Shown piece after piece: positions 61,601-64,000 of a stretch of 64,000 nucleotides of DNA; position 1 is the stretch's first letter, and the number at the start of each line of letters is the position of its first letter. The DNA is taken from contig JAYWIR010000019.1 in assembly GCA_036172245.1 (NCBI GenBank), forward strand, positions 1,674,001 to 1,738,000, written 5' to 3'. This DNA comes from Raillietiella orientalis. Lineage: Eukaryota. The notes below the pieces were generated by a model that was given only the letters and a program-made list of their open reading frames with translations, was not told the origin of the DNA and made no database searches. Position numbers and translations under genes: made by a program.

Positions 61601-63790
61601 CTCCATCGAATGGTCACTCCATTATTGCTTCTCCGAAGCACATGGTTTGAGGCACACGTAGGAAATGAAGCGAAGAAATGAACCGTAGGCAACCCGAATC
61701 TCAGAGCGTCCGCTGGGCAGGGAAGGGACAGCTGGGCGGCAATACGAGCTCCAGCGATTTCAGTAGACCTGCATAGGGCTTTCGACGCGGCCACCAGGAA
61801 CTCCTTCTGGAGCTCCTGGAACGCACGGGCTTCCTGAACGCCCTAACGACCTGCCTGCGCTCCTGTTGGCACGATGCACTGATGACCGTCTGTTTCAGGG
61901 TTCAAAACGTGTATGGGGTGCCCGTTTGCCGCGGCATAAGCAGGGAGACAGCCCGCGCCCTCTGCTCTTCAGGATCTACTTCAAGTTGGTGCTGAGACCA
62001 TAAAGGGAGACTCTGGCAACCCTGCCAAGCCCGTTCCCCTGGCACGCTTGCAGTGTCGGCTTACTCGGAGATCTGCTTCTGCTGCTTCCCATGTCCGTTT
62101 CGGCGTCAGCACGCGAGAACTTCGAGCTCTTAAGCCGCGGGACGCTGCTTGGAAGGAATAAGGCGGAGTCGTCGGTGGTTGCAGTTGGTGCGGGATGGGC
62201 CGGACGTTCCGGACTAAATCCGCTTGGGGATCTCGACGGGCGGGTACATCAAGTACCTTGGGGTTCCGTTGGGACTTCTGCGTCGCCGAAGCACCCCACT
62301 TTCCGGCCGTCTCCAAAAAGTGGAGATGGCGTTCGGTCCATTCCAGAACTTGCAGGAACGAGCCGCTGTGTGGAACGCGTTCGCAGTTCCCCTCCACCGC
62401 CCCCTGCTTTTTGTTTTCATCGTCCCACCCAACATCAGGAAACGAACCGAGGACCTTTTGAGGAAAGCCCTGTGGGGCATAGGGAGGTTCTGAGTTCGCT
62501 TAAAAGACTTGTGTGCTCCGCGTAAGGATGGTGAACTGATCTCCTTACGCTGGAGCGGATGGAGAGTCAGCTCCAATTCAGAAGACTCGCCCTTGAAGCG
62601 AAGTTTTAGGCAACGTCTTGGTACGCATCTGTACACCTCCTCACCAGAAGAGCGACCGGCTCCAAAGGATTAACCTCGTTGCTTGTGACAACAGAGAACA
62701 CCTGGATCTTCTGCCTCCGCGCGAGCTGCATTGCCTGGCCTTTCACTTGCCTAGTTTCAGCATGAGGAAAGAACCAAGGCTCGAACGAGAGGGAGTGCAC
62801 CTGCCTCCGGAAAAGGAGGTACGCTCCACAGCCCCTGAGGAAGATCGTAAGCAACCCCCGCAGGCTGCGGTGGGCCTCGTTCAACCCCCTTGTCCCAGTG
62901 CTGCCCCCTGAAAAACGCTAAGGACAGAGACCTCCCAGCAAGATGGGAAGTGTCCTGCCATATGCAAGGCAGGAGGAAACTTTCAAGCACGTGAACAACT
63001 TGAAAGGAAGCGGGTGCTGTAACCCCGAGTGTTCCGCCGAAAGGACGCTGAGCTGCTCACGATACCTCCGGAGGAGGTGGAGTGGTCCCCGGTGTGCTGG
63101 GACAGCGGTACCCTCCCCCTCAAGTGGCAAGAGGTGGCGTTGTTGTTGTTGCATTGGAGAATCCCATGGAGAGCACGCCTCTCTCACTGGACACCAGGAA
63201 GTGGGATGCCCTTTGTAAAAAATGCGACGAGAGAGAGCTTTTCTTGCACCTTTTGATGGTCTGTGCCGCCCTCCGATCCCTTCGGGATCGTCTGACGACG
63301 ATCCTAGAAATCCCGGTAGGCAACCCCCCCAGGGACGTTTTTCAGCGCCTCTTCGTGCTTGTCTCCCTGCCGCCAGCCGCGTTCTTTAGCAGTCCTCTGC
63401 TGCATTTACAGAATCAAGGCATGCTGAAACGCGGCAAGAGGTCAAAATGTCAGGGACGCCATCCACTAGACGAAGATCATTTTGAAGACCGGGTCGACCT
63501 GGGTAATGTGAAAGCAGCGCTTGTCAGCATCCTGGACAGGATGCAGAGGACGTCTCCTGACGAATAGTGATCCCTTCCCTTCCTTTTCCTCACCAAGAAG
63601 CCTCCTCTCCCACTTTTTTTTCTCTTGGATATAATCCACGTGGTGGGACCGGTGGTCCGACCACGTGCAGTTTACCGGGAGCCTTCCAGGTCACTGGTTC
63701 ACAGCCCGATGAGGTCCTCCCCGGCAGCAGAGGGGAAAGGACAAACAAAGAGAAAAAGAAATACAATAAAAATAAATAAACTTTAGGGGG
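61600..63790 (+). mobile_element. 5'-truncated, decayed L1/Tx1-clade LINE (RT to 3' tail)
   Basis: VDLHRAFD, QGDSPRPLLF, AYS.D, YIKYLGVPLG, ERAAVWNAFAVP, LKDLCAPRKDG and zinc finger CKKCDERELFLHLLMVC, stop at 63567, then an A-rich tail (aaatacaataaaaataaataaa) at about 63760-63780. Confidence 0.85.
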
Positions 63791-64000
63791 GGGAATGTGC
63801 GGGAAGGGATAACGGTCTGCTGGGGACGGTCCTCTGCATCCTTTGGAGGATGCCGGCAAGGTCTTGCTGCATGGAGTTGTTCAGATGAGGCCATCTCGTT
63901 GCCGTCCTCATGAAGCAGACGACCAAGTGGATGTGGCACCCCTGTCGCTGTGCCCTCCTCTTGCGTCGCTCCAGGCAGCCACGATCCCGCGAGGCAGCAC

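Overview
Eukaryotic (animal, probably invertebrate) genomic DNA with spliceosomal GT-AG introns. Nearly all ORFs in the supplied track are spurious. Three host genes could be built by hand. (1) Two prodomain exons of a matrix metalloproteinase resembling arthropod Mmp2 (minus strand, 11396-11295 and 8650-8490; cysteine switch PRCGVSD, furin site RVKR). Its catalytic exons must lie left of the window and its signal-peptide exon was not found. (2) A complete three-exon ZNHIT3 CDS (minus, 41364-34982, 141 aa). (3) A complete 11-exon Notchless/NLE1 CDS (plus, 46154-48893, 474 aa), head-to-head with ZNHIT3, with seven introns of only 42-56 nt. The two housekeeping genes sit in an AT-rich, CpG-depleted, transposon-poor island. 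It is flanked by two GC-rich transposon graveyards: decayed DIRS-type (tyrosine-recombinase) retrotransposon pieces in the MMP introns (about 1-10 kb) and nested, frameshifted L1/Tx1-clade LINEs downstream of NLE1 (about 49-64 kb). Also present are a TA-flanked Tigger/pogo-type MITE, a 51-52 bp x5 minisatellite, near-perfect palindromes, and an unclassified three-copy repeat that combines a ~40-bp hairpin-monomer array with a tRNA-like segment. I found no intact novel system. The three-copy repeat and the ZNHIT3-NLE1-MMP linkage are the best leads. All family assignments rest on motifs recognised by eye, not on database searches.
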